A DNA stretch of 64,000 bases from an uncultured Candidatus Saccharibacteria bacterium (lineage in GTDB: Bacteria > Patescibacteriota > Saccharimonadia > Saccharimonadales > JAGQNJ01), in NCBI GenBank assembly GCA_965231045.1, contig OZ246406.1, positions 642,208-706,207 of the forward strand, read 5' to 3'. Within the stretch, counting starts at the first letter, position 1, and each line of letters begins with the position of its first letter. The translations under genes and the position numbers were made by a program. The notes beneath the pieces are model-generated. The model made no database searches, was not told where the DNA came from, and saw only the letters and a list, made by a program, of their open reading frames with translations. Shown here piece after piece: positions 1 through 9,567 of the stretch.

Positions 1-491
<491 letters not shown>

Positions 492-492
<1 letters not shown>

Positions 493-1064
493 TGGCCAAT
501 CTAGCAACAACCGAGTTTACAGCTCATAAAACTTCGATCCCAGGACTTATTTTTTTTGACGTAACCGACGTTCGAGATGAACGTGGATTTTTTCAAGAAA
601 AGTTTCAAAAGGCAAAGCTTGTGGCAGCAGGCATGCCCGAAAGTTTTAATGTTGTTCAAAATAGCCTGTCATATAACAGACAATCTGGCACCACTCGTGG
701 ATTTCATGCCGAACCATGGGATAAATATATTTCGGTCGTAACTGGCAAAGTTTTCTGCGCATATGTTGACCTTCGCGCTGGTGATAATTTTGGCAAAGTG
801 GAAACTATTGAGATTACTCCAAACAAGGCCGTGTTTTTACCACAAGGTGTTGCTAATTCATTCCAGACACTTGAGGATGACACTTATTATTTGTATAGCG
901 TTAATCAGCACTGGAGTGCTGATAACTATGAAAAATACTGTTTTGTAAATTTGGGTGATGAATCATTGAATGTAGACTGGCCAATTGCACTTGATAAGGC
1001 AATTGTTAATGATCGTGACCGAAGCCACCCACCGCTTAAAGACGTAAAACCAATGGAGGTGTAA
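492..1064 (+). CDS. rfbC: dTDP-4-dehydrorhamnose 3,5-epimerase
   Basis: 190 aa of cupin-type RmlC-like sequence (RGFFQEKFQ..., GFHAEPWDKYISV). There is a TAATG overlap with rfbB, and the gene sits between rfbB and rfbD. Confidence 0.85.
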
Positions 1065-1919
1065 ATGGATTCTTCTCGATTTTTGATTATCGGTGCTAAC
1101 GGACAACTTGGAACCGCTCTTAAGAATAAGTATCCGGATGCTCAATCGGCTGATGTTGACGAACTTGATATTACCGATCGTGATTCAGTTCAAAAATATG
1201 ATTGGTCCAATGTCGACGTTATCCTAAACGCTGCTGCATTCACAAATGTTGATGGCGCCGAAACTCACGAAGGTCGTTTGGCGGCTTGGAATGTTAATGC
1301 CGTCGCCGTAAGTTTCTTAGCCGAGGTAGCCTACACCCACGACCTAACTCTCATTCATGTTTCAACTGACTATGTATTTGATGGTACTAAAAATCCTCAT
1401 ACTGAGGACGAGCCTTACGCACCATTAAGTGTCTACGGCTCCACAAAGGCTGCGGGCGATATTATTCTACAAGGCCTGCCCAAGCATTATATTCTGCGCA
1501 CCTCATGGGTTATTGGCGAAGGCAAGAACTTTGTCCGAACCATGCTGGGTGTCGCTCAAAAAGGTATTGAACCAACCGTGGTTAGTGATCAAGTTGGTCG
1601 ACTGACCTTTACCAACGTACTAGTTGATGCGATCGATCACTTGTTAACCAAACAGGCGCCGTTCGGAACTTATAATGTCACCAATGAAGGTAGATCGGCT
1701 AGCTGGGCAGATATTACTCGCAAGATATTTGAAGCTGGTGGATTTAACCTCAAAGTTACCGACACAACTACTGAGGAATACTTCAAAGGCAAGGAAGGCA
1801 TTGCCCCTCGACCGTTGCAAAGTACAATGAGTTTAGACAAAATCGAAGCCACCGGCTACAAACCAAACGGCTGGGAAGACGACTTAATAACCTACGTTAA
1901 AAAGGAGCTCGGAAAATGA
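1065..1919 (+). CDS. rfbD: dTDP-4-dehydrorhamnose reductase
   Basis: 284 aa with an N-terminal Rossmann motif (LIIGANGQLG) and a YGSTK catalytic YxxxK. Operon context supports the call. Confidence 0.9.
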   Translation: MDSSRFLIIGANGQLGTALKNKYPDAQSADVDELDITDRDSVQKYDWSNVDVILNAAAFTNVDGAETHEGRLAAWNVNAVAVSFLAEVAYTHDLTLIHVSTDYVFDGTKNPHTEDEPYAPLSVYGSTKAAGDIILQGLPKHYILRTSWVIGEGKNFVRTMLGVAQKGIEPTVVSDQVGRLTFTNVLVDAIDHLLTKQAPFGTYNVTNEGRSASWADITRKIFEAGGFNLKVTDTTTEEYFKGKEGIAPRPLQSTMSLDKIEATGYKPNGWEDDLITYVKKELGK

Positions 1920-2779
1920 AAGGTATTATCTTAGCAGGCGGTTCTGGAACGCGTTTGTATCCAATTACACTTGGTGTGAGTAAGCAACTCATTCCACTTT
2001 ATGACAAGCCAATGATTTATTACCCGCTGAGCGTTCTTATTAATGCCGGCATCAACGACATTCTGATTATTTCTACGCCACAGGATCTGCCACGTTTCGA
2101 ACAGCTACTTGGCAGTGGAGCAGAGATTGGTTGTGAGTTTACATACAAAGTTCAAGACAAACCGCGCGGCCTCGCCGATGCATTTATTGTTGGTGCTGAT
2201 TTTATTGGCAATGATAAAGTTGCCATGATTTTGGGAGATAATATTTTCTTTGGTTCTGACTTTGATGCCAAAGTTCGCGAAGCTGTGGACCCAGATGGTG
2301 GTGTTATTTTTGGCCAACAAGTTGCCGATCCCGAAAGATACGGTATTGTTGAATTCGATAAAGACATGAAGGTTGTTTCAATCGAAGAAAAACCAGAAAC
2401 TCCAAAATCCAACTACGCCATACCCGGATTGTATTTCTTTGATAATAAGGTTGTTGAATATGCCAAGAATGTTAAGCCAAGTGACCGTGGAGAAATTGAA
2501 ATCACCGAACTCCACAACGCATATTTGCGTGAAGGCAAACTCAAAGTTCAGCTACTTGATCGTGGTACAGCATGGCTAGACACCGGAACATTCGCCAGCA
2601 TGAACCAAGCTGCACAATTCGTACAAGTCATTGAAGAACGTCAGGGAATAAAGATTGGCTGTATCGAAGAAGCTGCTTGGCGACAAGGTTTTATAACCGA
2701 CAAACAACTTGAAGAACTCGGCAACAAATTCCTCAAAAGTGGCTACGGTCGGTATCTACACGATTTACTGAATAACTAA
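1916..2779 (+). CDS. rfbA: glucose-1-phosphate thymidylyltransferase
   Basis: 287 aa starting MKGIILAGGSGTRLYPIT...SKQL, the canonical RmlA N-terminus. ATGA overlap with rfbD. Confidence 0.95.
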   Translation: MKGIILAGGSGTRLYPITLGVSKQLIPLYDKPMIYYPLSVLINAGINDILIISTPQDLPRFEQLLGSGAEIGCEFTYKVQDKPRGLADAFIVGADFIGNDKVAMILGDNIFFGSDFDAKVREAVDPDGGVIFGQQVADPERYGIVEFDKDMKVVSIEEKPETPKSNYAIPGLYFFDNKVVEYAKNVKPSDRGEIEITELHNAYLREGKLKVQLLDRGTAWLDTGTFASMNQAAQFVQVIEERQGIKIGCIEEAAWRQGFITDKQLEELGNKFLKSGYGRYLHDLLNN

Positions 2780-3168
2780 CTTCTATTTGCCGCCGTCAGC
2801 TCACCAAGAAACTCAGCCGTTTTTACATTAATTTTCTTCGGCGGGGACAACTCATGTTCCAAAATACTTCTGGCAAATTGTTCAAGACTTTCCAAGCCAA
2901 TTGCATATCTACCACACTGCACGGCTGCACCTGAAGTTGGTGTGTTATATCTTGCACAATCAGGAATTTCACCCAATCCAGCAACATCTCTAGTAACAAT
3001 TACTAGCCCGTATCTTTCAAATTCGTCGTGCCGTGTGTCATTCGGATAAGCCCTACGTACAGTTAGCTCAGTAAAGGTGTTTCGCGCTTTTGCTAGTGTG
3101 TACAGACCACTGCTTTGTTCGGCAAATTCTATAAAATGTTCGCGTCCTAGGAAATCTACCATAAACAA
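2776..3168 (-). CDS. hypothetical protein (130 aa, no recognisable motif)
   Basis: Longest ORF in this gap. It is convergent with rfbA and overlaps its 3' end by 4 nt. No family was recognised. Confidence 0.4.
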   Translation of the reverse strand: MFMVDFLGREHFIEFAEQSSGLYTLAKARNTFTELTVRRAYPNDTRHDEFERYGLVIVTRDVAGLGEIPDCARYNTPTSGAAVQCGRYAIGLESLEQFARSILEHELSPPKKINVKTAEFLGELTAANRS

Positions 3169-3355
3169 ATAAAACTACCTTATTGTCCCCAACGCAAGCA
3201 CGAGCAATATAAATAATGGACTTTTGTAAACAAAATCTGTTGGTTATCTTTACGTATTTTTCCAGGCAAAGCTTGAAGGAATTGTAAACTAGCTTACAAA
3301 ACTCATCTGAAAATTGCAAAACATTATCCAAAAAACAGTGGTAAATTAAACACTT

Positions 3356-3922
3356 GTGTATGCGCTAGTTTGCTTTACAATGACGGCCATGAAAAAGAAA
3401 ATCATATATATAGCATTATTATTAATCGTATTTATTGCTGCCTTTGGCGGCTGGAAAATATACAAACAAAAAAATGAGAACTCTAAGTCATCATCAATAT
3501 CAGAAGTGAATAACAAAACGTCTGAGCAATATCAACGAAAAGATAATGCCAAATACTTGGTTATAAAAGAATGGGGGGTAAAACTTCCGCTCACAGACAA
3601 CATATCTGATGCTTCTTACTTATATAATAGCAATAATGCAGTCTATCTTACCACTGCTGGTATTGAAAAAATTACTGGCTGTAGCGGTCAAAAGACAATT
3701 GTATTAGAACGTGGCAATGGAGATGATCCTATTGGATCTTCAACAGTCAGCGAACTTAATCGAGAAAATCCTTCTGCATTAAAAAAGGTTGGCAACTATT
3801 ATTATGCCCTAATTGTTGGATCACTTGGTTGTGCGACTTCCCCGTCATCCAGTCAACAGTCTTACATTAATGGCGTTGAAACCTCATTCCATGACGCAAA
3901 AAACAATTTGCAACAGGAGTAA
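3356..3922 (+). CDS. N-terminally membrane-anchored secreted protein, unknown function
   Basis: 188-aa ORF whose likely true start is MKKK at nt 3389. It has one N-terminal TM helix (IIYIALLLIVFIAAFGG) followed by a soluble domain with a Cys pair. Confidence 0.55.
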   Translation: MYALVCFTMTAMKKKIIYIALLLIVFIAAFGGWKIYKQKNENSKSSSISEVNNKTSEQYQRKDNAKYLVIKEWGVKLPLTDNISDASYLYNSNNAVYLTTAGIEKITGCSGQKTIVLERGNGDDPIGSSTVSELNRENPSALKKVGNYYYALIVGSLGCATSPSSSQQSYINGVETSFHDAKNNLQQE

Positions 3923-3999
3923 GTAGTATGTATTTACACCTAGTTTTTGATAGCTCTTAAAAAGAGTAGTCTATATAGCCAAATAATAAGGAGAATTTT

Positions 4000-5685
4000 A
4001 TGGAACTCAATAATGAGGTCTTGCTAACGCAGTACCAAAATACAAGTAATGAAAATAAATCTTCTGGTGAAATAAATGTACCTGCCAATAAATTTACAAA
4101 AATAAAATGCCTCATTGCAAAAACAAGTCTTGTAGTTTCATCTGTATTGGTTGCAGGTAATTTAGCACCAGTTGATCACAATCCTTTAGGTCAAGTTGAA
4201 GTAGCTGAAGCATCAGAAGTAAAGCAAGGCTTAAACGACTTCCAACAGACAAAGATAGTTGATGCTGCCAAAGCTGAGCTAGGTACAAAACGAACAAATG
4301 GTTATGATAACGCTCCTGGCGAGTGCATTGTTTCAATGGGAAGGTGGGTGAACTCTGCTGCCGGTAAGGTCGTATGGAATCCTGACGGCGGATACTACAC
4401 CTCTTACATAAGATCTGGGGGGGTAGAAGTAAGTCTTGGTGAGCTAAAACCTGGAGATGTATTGCAAAGACTGAGTGGTGGAAGTGACTACAATAGCAAC
4501 ACACAACATGTGCATACTGCAGTATTTGAGTCCTATGGAACAAATGGAACAGTAAATACCATCGATTCCAACCAGTTACTGGACGGGACCGTAAGAGAGC
4601 ATACAAATGTCAGCATATCTCCAATGAAATATTCTGATGGTTCCACATGGGTTTGGCATGCGTTCAGACTTGGAAAGGTTTCTGTTGATATTAACTCTGG
4701 GTACTCGGATGGTACATTTTTGAAGGTGAATGAAAGTGGGGCAATTTATAGGATGGTAGGTGGTGCGCCGATTAGACAGTTCAATTGGGGGGCGATCCCT
4801 GACTTTCGCGGCTCAGCGACATCAATTTCTCATGCCGATCTAGGAAAATTGCCAACCTATCCACGCGATGGCTCTTTTATCAGCATAGCTGAAGCTGGTG
4901 GAACTGGAATTTATGAATTCGCTGGCGGGGCTCCTATCCGACAATTCAACTGGGGAGCAATACCCGGTTACAATCCGCAATCCGTAGTTAGTGTTAATTT
5001 TGAATCATTAGCTCAGCTAGATCATATGAGACCTAAACCAAAAGATGGTACATTTATCAGCATAGCTGAAGCTGGAGGCTCTGGTATATATGAGTTTGCC
5101 GGTGGTGCGCCGATTAGGCAGTTCAATTGGGGAGCGATACCGGGCTTTAACGGGGCCACGCCGATTAACTTTGAATCGTTAGCAAAGCTTGATCATATGA
5201 ATCAGTACCCAAGCGACGGTACCTTTATCAGCATAGCTGAAGCTGGCGGAGCTGGCATATATGAATTCGCTGGCGGAGCGCCGCTAAGACTATTTAATCA
5301 AGGTATAATTCCTGGCTTTAATAGTGTGGTTACCGTAAACTTTGAGTCATTAGCAAAGCTAGATCATATGAGACCAAATCCTGAAAATGGTAAGTTTCTA
5401 GCTTCGCGTGAAACTGGAGTCGTTTATAGAACCGCTGGTGGTGCCGCGCTAAAACTCTACAATTGGGGAGCCATACCTGGATACGGCAACATTATTTGGG
5501 TGAATCAGCGTACCATTGACCAGCATGATCACCTACTTACTACACCAACCAATGGCACAATTCTACAAGGAGTCACGAGTAATAGTGATTGGCTAATCAA
5601 CAACGGAGCAAGATCTAGCACCACCAACAAATCTGGTGCCGTTATAGTTGATGAGCAAACAATAGCTAACTTCCCTGTTAAATAG
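4000..5685 (+). CDS. secreted CHAP/NlpC-P60-like cell-wall hydrolase with C-terminal 57-59 aa tandem repeats
   Basis: 561 aa. The N-terminal region has a Cys...His papain-like signature (NAPGECIVSMGRWV ... GDVLQR ... TQHVHTAVF). Five to six repeats of DGTFISIAEAGGxGIYEFAGGAPIRQFNWGAIPG... follow. Confidence 0.75.
   Translation: MELNNEVLLTQYQNTSNENKSSGEINVPANKFTKIKCLIAKTSLVVSSVLVAGNLAPVDHNPLGQVEVAEASEVKQGLNDFQQTKIVDAAKAELGTKRTNGYDNAPGECIVSMGRWVNSAAGKVVWNPDGGYYTSYIRSGGVEVSLGELKPGDVLQRLSGGSDYNSNTQHVHTAVFESYGTNGTVNTIDSNQLLDGTVREHTNVSISPMKYSDGSTWVWHAFRLGKVSVDINSGYSDGTFLKVNESGAIYRMVGGAPIRQFNWGAIPDFRGSATSISHADLGKLPTYPRDGSFISIAEAGGTGIYEFAGGAPIRQFNWGAIPGYNPQSVVSVNFESLAQLDHMRPKPKDGTFISIAEAGGSGIYEFAGGAPIRQFNWGAIPGFNGATPINFESLAKLDHMNQYPSDGTFISIAEAGGAGIYEFAGGAPLRLFNQGIIPGFNSVVTVNFESLAKLDHMRPNPENGKFLASRETGVVYRTAGGAALKLYNWGAIPGYGNIIWVNQRTIDQHDHLLTTPTNGTILQGVTSNSDWLINNGARSSTTNKSGAVIVDEQTIANFPVK
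4708..5550 (+). repeat. in-frame tandem repeat array (units start at 4708, 4867, 5044, 5215, 5386; periods 159-177 bp)
   Basis: The three central units share long near-identical DNA, for example ttatcagcatagctgaagctgg at 4878, 5055 and 5226. The outer units are degenerate. Confidence 0.85.
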
Positions 5686-5722
5686 ATACACTAGTGCATT
5701 AATTGCTATATACTTATGCTAG

Positions 5723-7798
5723 ATGCATTTCACCGCAAAAAGAGGGTTATTGGTTTTGGTATCCGCTCTGACAGTTTCGATTGCCGGCGCTTCATATATA
5801 TATGTTCAAAATCAGGTTAAAATTCATGATCCTAACCCACCCTCACCAACTAGCCTAGTGAAGTTTAATGACGACAAAGCCAAGAATAAATTCTTGAGCG
5901 ACAACGATCTTGGTGACCATGATCTTCATTCAAGTAGTCTGCCCAATACATATGTGGTTAAGGTACCAAACAACAAACTAAAAAACACTGATGGTGCTTC
6001 GGTTGCACCACGTCGGCAATATAGGGCACTACTTACGCCAAACGACCCAATTTATCCGCAGTGGTACACCAATAACATAGCAGCACCAACAGCTTGGGAT
6101 ATAACTACAGGCACAAACTCAGTAACAGTGGCTGTTATCGATACTGGTTTTGCACTGAACCATGAAGATATGGCAAATCGCTGGGCAATTAATTCTGGTG
6201 AATACGGTGGAGGCAAGGAATCTAACGCCATCGATGATGATGGCAATGGAAAGATTGATGACTGGCGAGGCTGGGACTTTGCCAACAATGATAACAGCTC
6301 TCAAGCCGGTACAACTAACCCGGTAGGTGCTGGTGTTAGTCATGGTACAACAACCTCAGGACTTGTAGGCTCGACTGGCAACAACAGTCTTGGAGTCGCC
6401 AGTGTGAACTGGGGCGCAAAGATACTACCGCTCCAAGTTCTGAGCGATGATGGCTATGGTTACACCGACTCGGTGGCCAGCGCAATTAACTATGCCGTTG
6501 CGCGTGGTGTAAAAGTTATAAATATGAGCCTGGGGACGACGGCCGACGACCCGACAGTACATGCTGCAGTAGCCAATGCATTGAACTCAGGGGTAACCGT
6601 AATTGCTTCAGCGGGTAATTGTGGTGACCCCAATACATACTTTATTAATGGATGTGATTATGTTGGCCAAATAGAATATCCCGCCAAATATCCAGAAGTA
6701 TTTGGCATAGGTGCAGTGGATCAAAATGACAACAGAGCCAGTTTTAGTAGCTACGGTCCTGGCATAATATTGACAGCGCCGGGATCAGGAACCATTCAAG
6801 CTCCAGCATGGTCACAAGCCAATCAAACTAGCCTATATACAGGAAATGCATATGGTACCTCTTTTTCGGCACCAATTGTTGCTGGGGCTGTCGCCATGCT
6901 ATATTCTCAACAACCAACGATTACCCCGTCTGAAGTATATAAAGCCTTGTCTTCTGCCTCGGACAAAACTGCAGAAATGAATGGCGCTTACAATACCTAC
7001 GGCCAAGGCTTTGGGAGGCTTAATGTAACTAGATTACTTGAGTATATTGCCATCCCCCACCCTGACGGTACACTTATATATAATCCGGCCCATACTATTG
7101 TCTATCTAATAGAGAACGGTCAAACGCGCTTTATTCCAAATGAAGCAGTATTTAATAGTTACGGCTTTGACTGGTCTAAAATAAAAGAGCCTTCTGTAGC
7201 AGACCTTCACTTACCGGCTGGAAGTGATCTATCATTTCGTGAAGGAACAATACTTACATCCAATGGTGCGATATATGCAGTTGACGTTAATGGCGGCACG
7301 ACACAAAAGCGAGGATTTAGTTCTTGGAGTGCCTTTGCCGGACTTGGCTATTCAACAAGTGACATCACCTGGGTATCCGCAGGCGAACTGCCTGCTTCAA
7401 ACGGCCCTTTAATATCTGATTCAAGTGTGCACCCAGATGGTACATTAGTGTTTAACGCTAGCCATACAGGAGTGCAACTAATTGAAGGAAGTCAAAAGCG
7501 CGATATAGTCTCTGGTACAGTATTTTCAAGCAATGCTTTCAATTGGAGCAGAATAAAAAACCCAACTTCTGGAGATCTTGCGCTAGCTTCTGGCACGGCA
7601 ATGAGTTACCCGAGGGAAGGATCTTTAGTAACTTCTGGTGGAGCAATTTACGTTATAGATGTGAATGGCGGTACGACACAAAAGCGAGGTTTTGGATCAT
7701 GGAACACATTCACTGGGCTAGGCTATTCAATAAATGACCTGTATTGGGTGTCGGTAGGAGAATTACCATCACAAAGTGGTACAATAATTATCTACTGA
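5723..7798 (+). CDS. secreted subtilisin-like serine protease (S8) with duplicated C-terminal ~123-aa module
   Basis: 691 aa with an N-terminal TM/signal. The catalytic motifs are VAVIDTG (Asp), SHGTTTSG (His) and GTSFSAP (Ser). The C-terminus has two copies of an HPDGTL...IYAVDVNGGTTQKRGF module (aa 446-568 and 570-691). Confidence 0.9.
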   Translation: MHFTAKRGLLVLVSALTVSIAGASYIYVQNQVKIHDPNPPSPTSLVKFNDDKAKNKFLSDNDLGDHDLHSSSLPNTYVVKVPNNKLKNTDGASVAPRRQYRALLTPNDPIYPQWYTNNIAAPTAWDITTGTNSVTVAVIDTGFALNHEDMANRWAINSGEYGGGKESNAIDDDGNGKIDDWRGWDFANNDNSSQAGTTNPVGAGVSHGTTTSGLVGSTGNNSLGVASVNWGAKILPLQVLSDDGYGYTDSVASAINYAVARGVKVINMSLGTTADDPTVHAAVANALNSGVTVIASAGNCGDPNTYFINGCDYVGQIEYPAKYPEVFGIGAVDQNDNRASFSSYGPGIILTAPGSGTIQAPAWSQANQTSLYTGNAYGTSFSAPIVAGAVAMLYSQQPTITPSEVYKALSSASDKTAEMNGAYNTYGQGFGRLNVTRLLEYIAIPHPDGTLIYNPAHTIVYLIENGQTRFIPNEAVFNSYGFDWSKIKEPSVADLHLPAGSDLSFREGTILTSNGAIYAVDVNGGTTQKRGFSSWSAFAGLGYSTSDITWVSAGELPASNGPLISDSSVHPDGTLVFNASHTGVQLIEGSQKRDIVSGTVFSSNAFNWSRIKNPTSGDLALASGTAMSYPREGSLVTSGGAIYVIDVNGGTTQKRGFGSWNTFTGLGYSINDLYWVSVGELPSQSGTIIIY

Positions 7799-7799
7799 T

Positions 7800-8231
7800 A
7801 TGAAAAAACTTATTGATCTAATTCTTAAACAACTTAAGCGACCGATAGCAAAGTATTTCATCGTAGCTGCTTTTATTGCAGGGCTAGAAGTATGTACTTT
7901 CGCATTCATGAACAGTGTACTCAAAATCAATTATCTTATCGCAACAACAATTAGCGTAACGATCAGCATCATTCTAAACTGGTACTTCAGCAAAGTTTTT
8001 GTTTTCAAAACCAGCAAGTATAAGTTTCATATCGAGTTTACGCTCGTGGCAATCGCAAGTTTGGTTGGCCTTGGGATACAACTTGCTGTGATTAGTATTT
8101 CTGTTGAATATTTACACTTGATTCCAGTTCTAGGAAAAATACTAGCCATATTTGTAACATTTTTGTGGAATTTTTGGGCTCGCAAGAAGTTTATATTTGA
8201 CCCCACGCCAACCGAAGAAAAAGCTAACTAA
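7800..8231 (+). CDS. GtrA-family membrane protein (polyprenol-phosphate sugar flippase-like)
   Basis: 143 aa with 4 TM helices. It carries the duplicated hallmark motif NWYFSKVFVFK / NFWARKKFIF. Confidence 0.8.
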   Translation: MKKLIDLILKQLKRPIAKYFIVAAFIAGLEVCTFAFMNSVLKINYLIATTISVTISIILNWYFSKVFVFKTSKYKFHIEFTLVAIASLVGLGIQLAVISISVEYLHLIPVLGKILAIFVTFLWNFWARKKFIFDPTPTEEKAN

Positions 8232-8929
8232 GATTTTTGCTTTGGGCCATAAGCGTAGAAATACCAGTGCAGATATTTTGGTAGCCACTTACGAAGATTG
8301 AACCTAGCCTCTCCGGCAGTACGGTCACGCCAGGTACTTGGAATCTCAACTATTTTTTTGCCCTGTCTGAAGGCTTTAACTGTAATCTCCATAGCGACCT
8401 CAAAGCCGCCGGTACTTTCAATAGTTATAGAATCCAGAAACGCTTTATCATACAACTTAAAGTTATTCGTCACATCGTGAGTTGGCACGTGTCGTAACCA
8501 ATAAAGAGAAGTGCCGGCAAGCCTTGATAATGTTCGCTTAAAAAGTGGTCCGCCAATTTGCTTGCCACCTTTCATATATCTACTTCCACAAACTACAACC
8601 GCACCATTTTCATATGCCTTGTACATTTTGCCAGCAACTCTTAAATCATCTGAAAGATCAGCCATAGTGACAAGCACTGGGCCTTTTTTGACATAGTCAA
8701 AGCCACTCAGAAGTGCATTAAGCGCACCTTTGCCACGGGTATTTTTGTGCAGAACGATGTTCTTGTTTTTCTTTTGATATTTTTTTACAACTGGTACTGT
8801 ATTATCTTCATCAAAATCATATACAACGATCAGTTTATACGGAACTTTAATATGCTTCTCGACTTCTTTATATAAGTTAGGGAAGTTCTCGCCTTCGTTA
8901 TAAACCGGTACTACGATTGAGAGGTTCAT
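8228..8929 (-). CDS. family 2 glycosyltransferase (polyprenol-phosphate sugar synthase-like, GtrB/DPM1 type)
   Basis: 233 aa starting MNLSIVVPVYNEGEN, with DxD-type motifs (YDFDEDN, DLSDD). It lies adjacent to the GtrA gene. Confidence 0.85.
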   Translation of the reverse strand: MNLSIVVPVYNEGENFPNLYKEVEKHIKVPYKLIVVYDFDEDNTVPVVKKYQKKNKNIVLHKNTRGKGALNALLSGFDYVKKGPVLVTMADLSDDLRVAGKMYKAYENGAVVVCGSRYMKGGKQIGGPLFKRTLSRLAGTSLYWLRHVPTHDVTNNFKLYDKAFLDSITIESTGGFEVAMEITVKAFRQGKKIVEIPSTWRDRTAGEARFNLRKWLPKYLHWYFYAYGPKQKS

Positions 8930-9564
8930 TTTTCGAAAATCATAAATGTTTGCTTACCAAGAATACGCCATGCGAGTGGGAAGGCAATGTAAAGCCTAAT
9001 AAGTGTTTTAGACATCGGCAATCGGCCTTGTGATGTAAACGGCACAAACCTCAGAACACGCTTCTTTAGGCTAAACCCAACAATATCAAATATCTCTTCT
9101 AGAGCTCGATCGTCAACAGCTGTGATGTGATCGAAAAACATCCAGTAGTCTTTGGCTGCAAAACGAATGTTAGGTTGTAGCACCATAACTTGCCCTTTGG
9201 GTTTAAGGATTCGTTTGAATTCCTCAACGGTTTTTTGAATATCTTCACGAGTTAAGTGCTCGAAGAAATTACTAACAAAAATCTTGTCGACAGATTTTTC
9301 CTTCAGTGGAATTTTTGTCGAGCTAGCTTTTAAAAACGTAATGCCTTTTTTCAAAAACTTTTTGGAATCGGGGTTAATATCAAGTGCATACTTAGTTTTG
9401 CATTCAATAAGATTAATAAACTCTCCGTAGCCACATGGCACATCAAGTACTACATCTTTTTTACTAACAAATTGCTGAAAGTAGTTTTTTACCAAGACCC
9501 CCCATAAAATTTTTCGCTCTTCAGTTTTGTCAAATCGTCGTTGGTATATTCGGTCTACGTTCAT
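8926..9564 (-). CDS. class I SAM-dependent methyltransferase
   Basis: 212 aa with motif I VLDVPCGYGEF. It overlaps the downstream GT2 gene by 4 nt. Confidence 0.8.
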   Translation of the reverse strand: MNVDRIYQRRFDKTEERKILWGVLVKNYFQQFVSKKDVVLDVPCGYGEFINLIECKTKYALDINPDSKKFLKKGITFLKASSTKIPLKEKSVDKIFVSNFFEHLTREDIQKTVEEFKRILKPKGQVMVLQPNIRFAAKDYWMFFDHITAVDDRALEEIFDIVGFSLKKRVLRFVPFTSQGRLPMSKTLIRLYIAFPLAWRILGKQTFMIFEK

Positions 9565-9567
9565 TGA

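Noticed and set aside
2776-3331. The 130-aa ORF (2776-3168) and the overlapping 87-aa ORF (3068-3331) as a possible toxin-antitoxin or defence pair at the end of the rfb operon.
   Set aside because: The two ORFs overlap by 100 nt in different frames, so at most one is real. Neither shows a toxin, antitoxin or nuclease motif I can recognise. Only the longer one is reported, as a low-confidence hypothetical.
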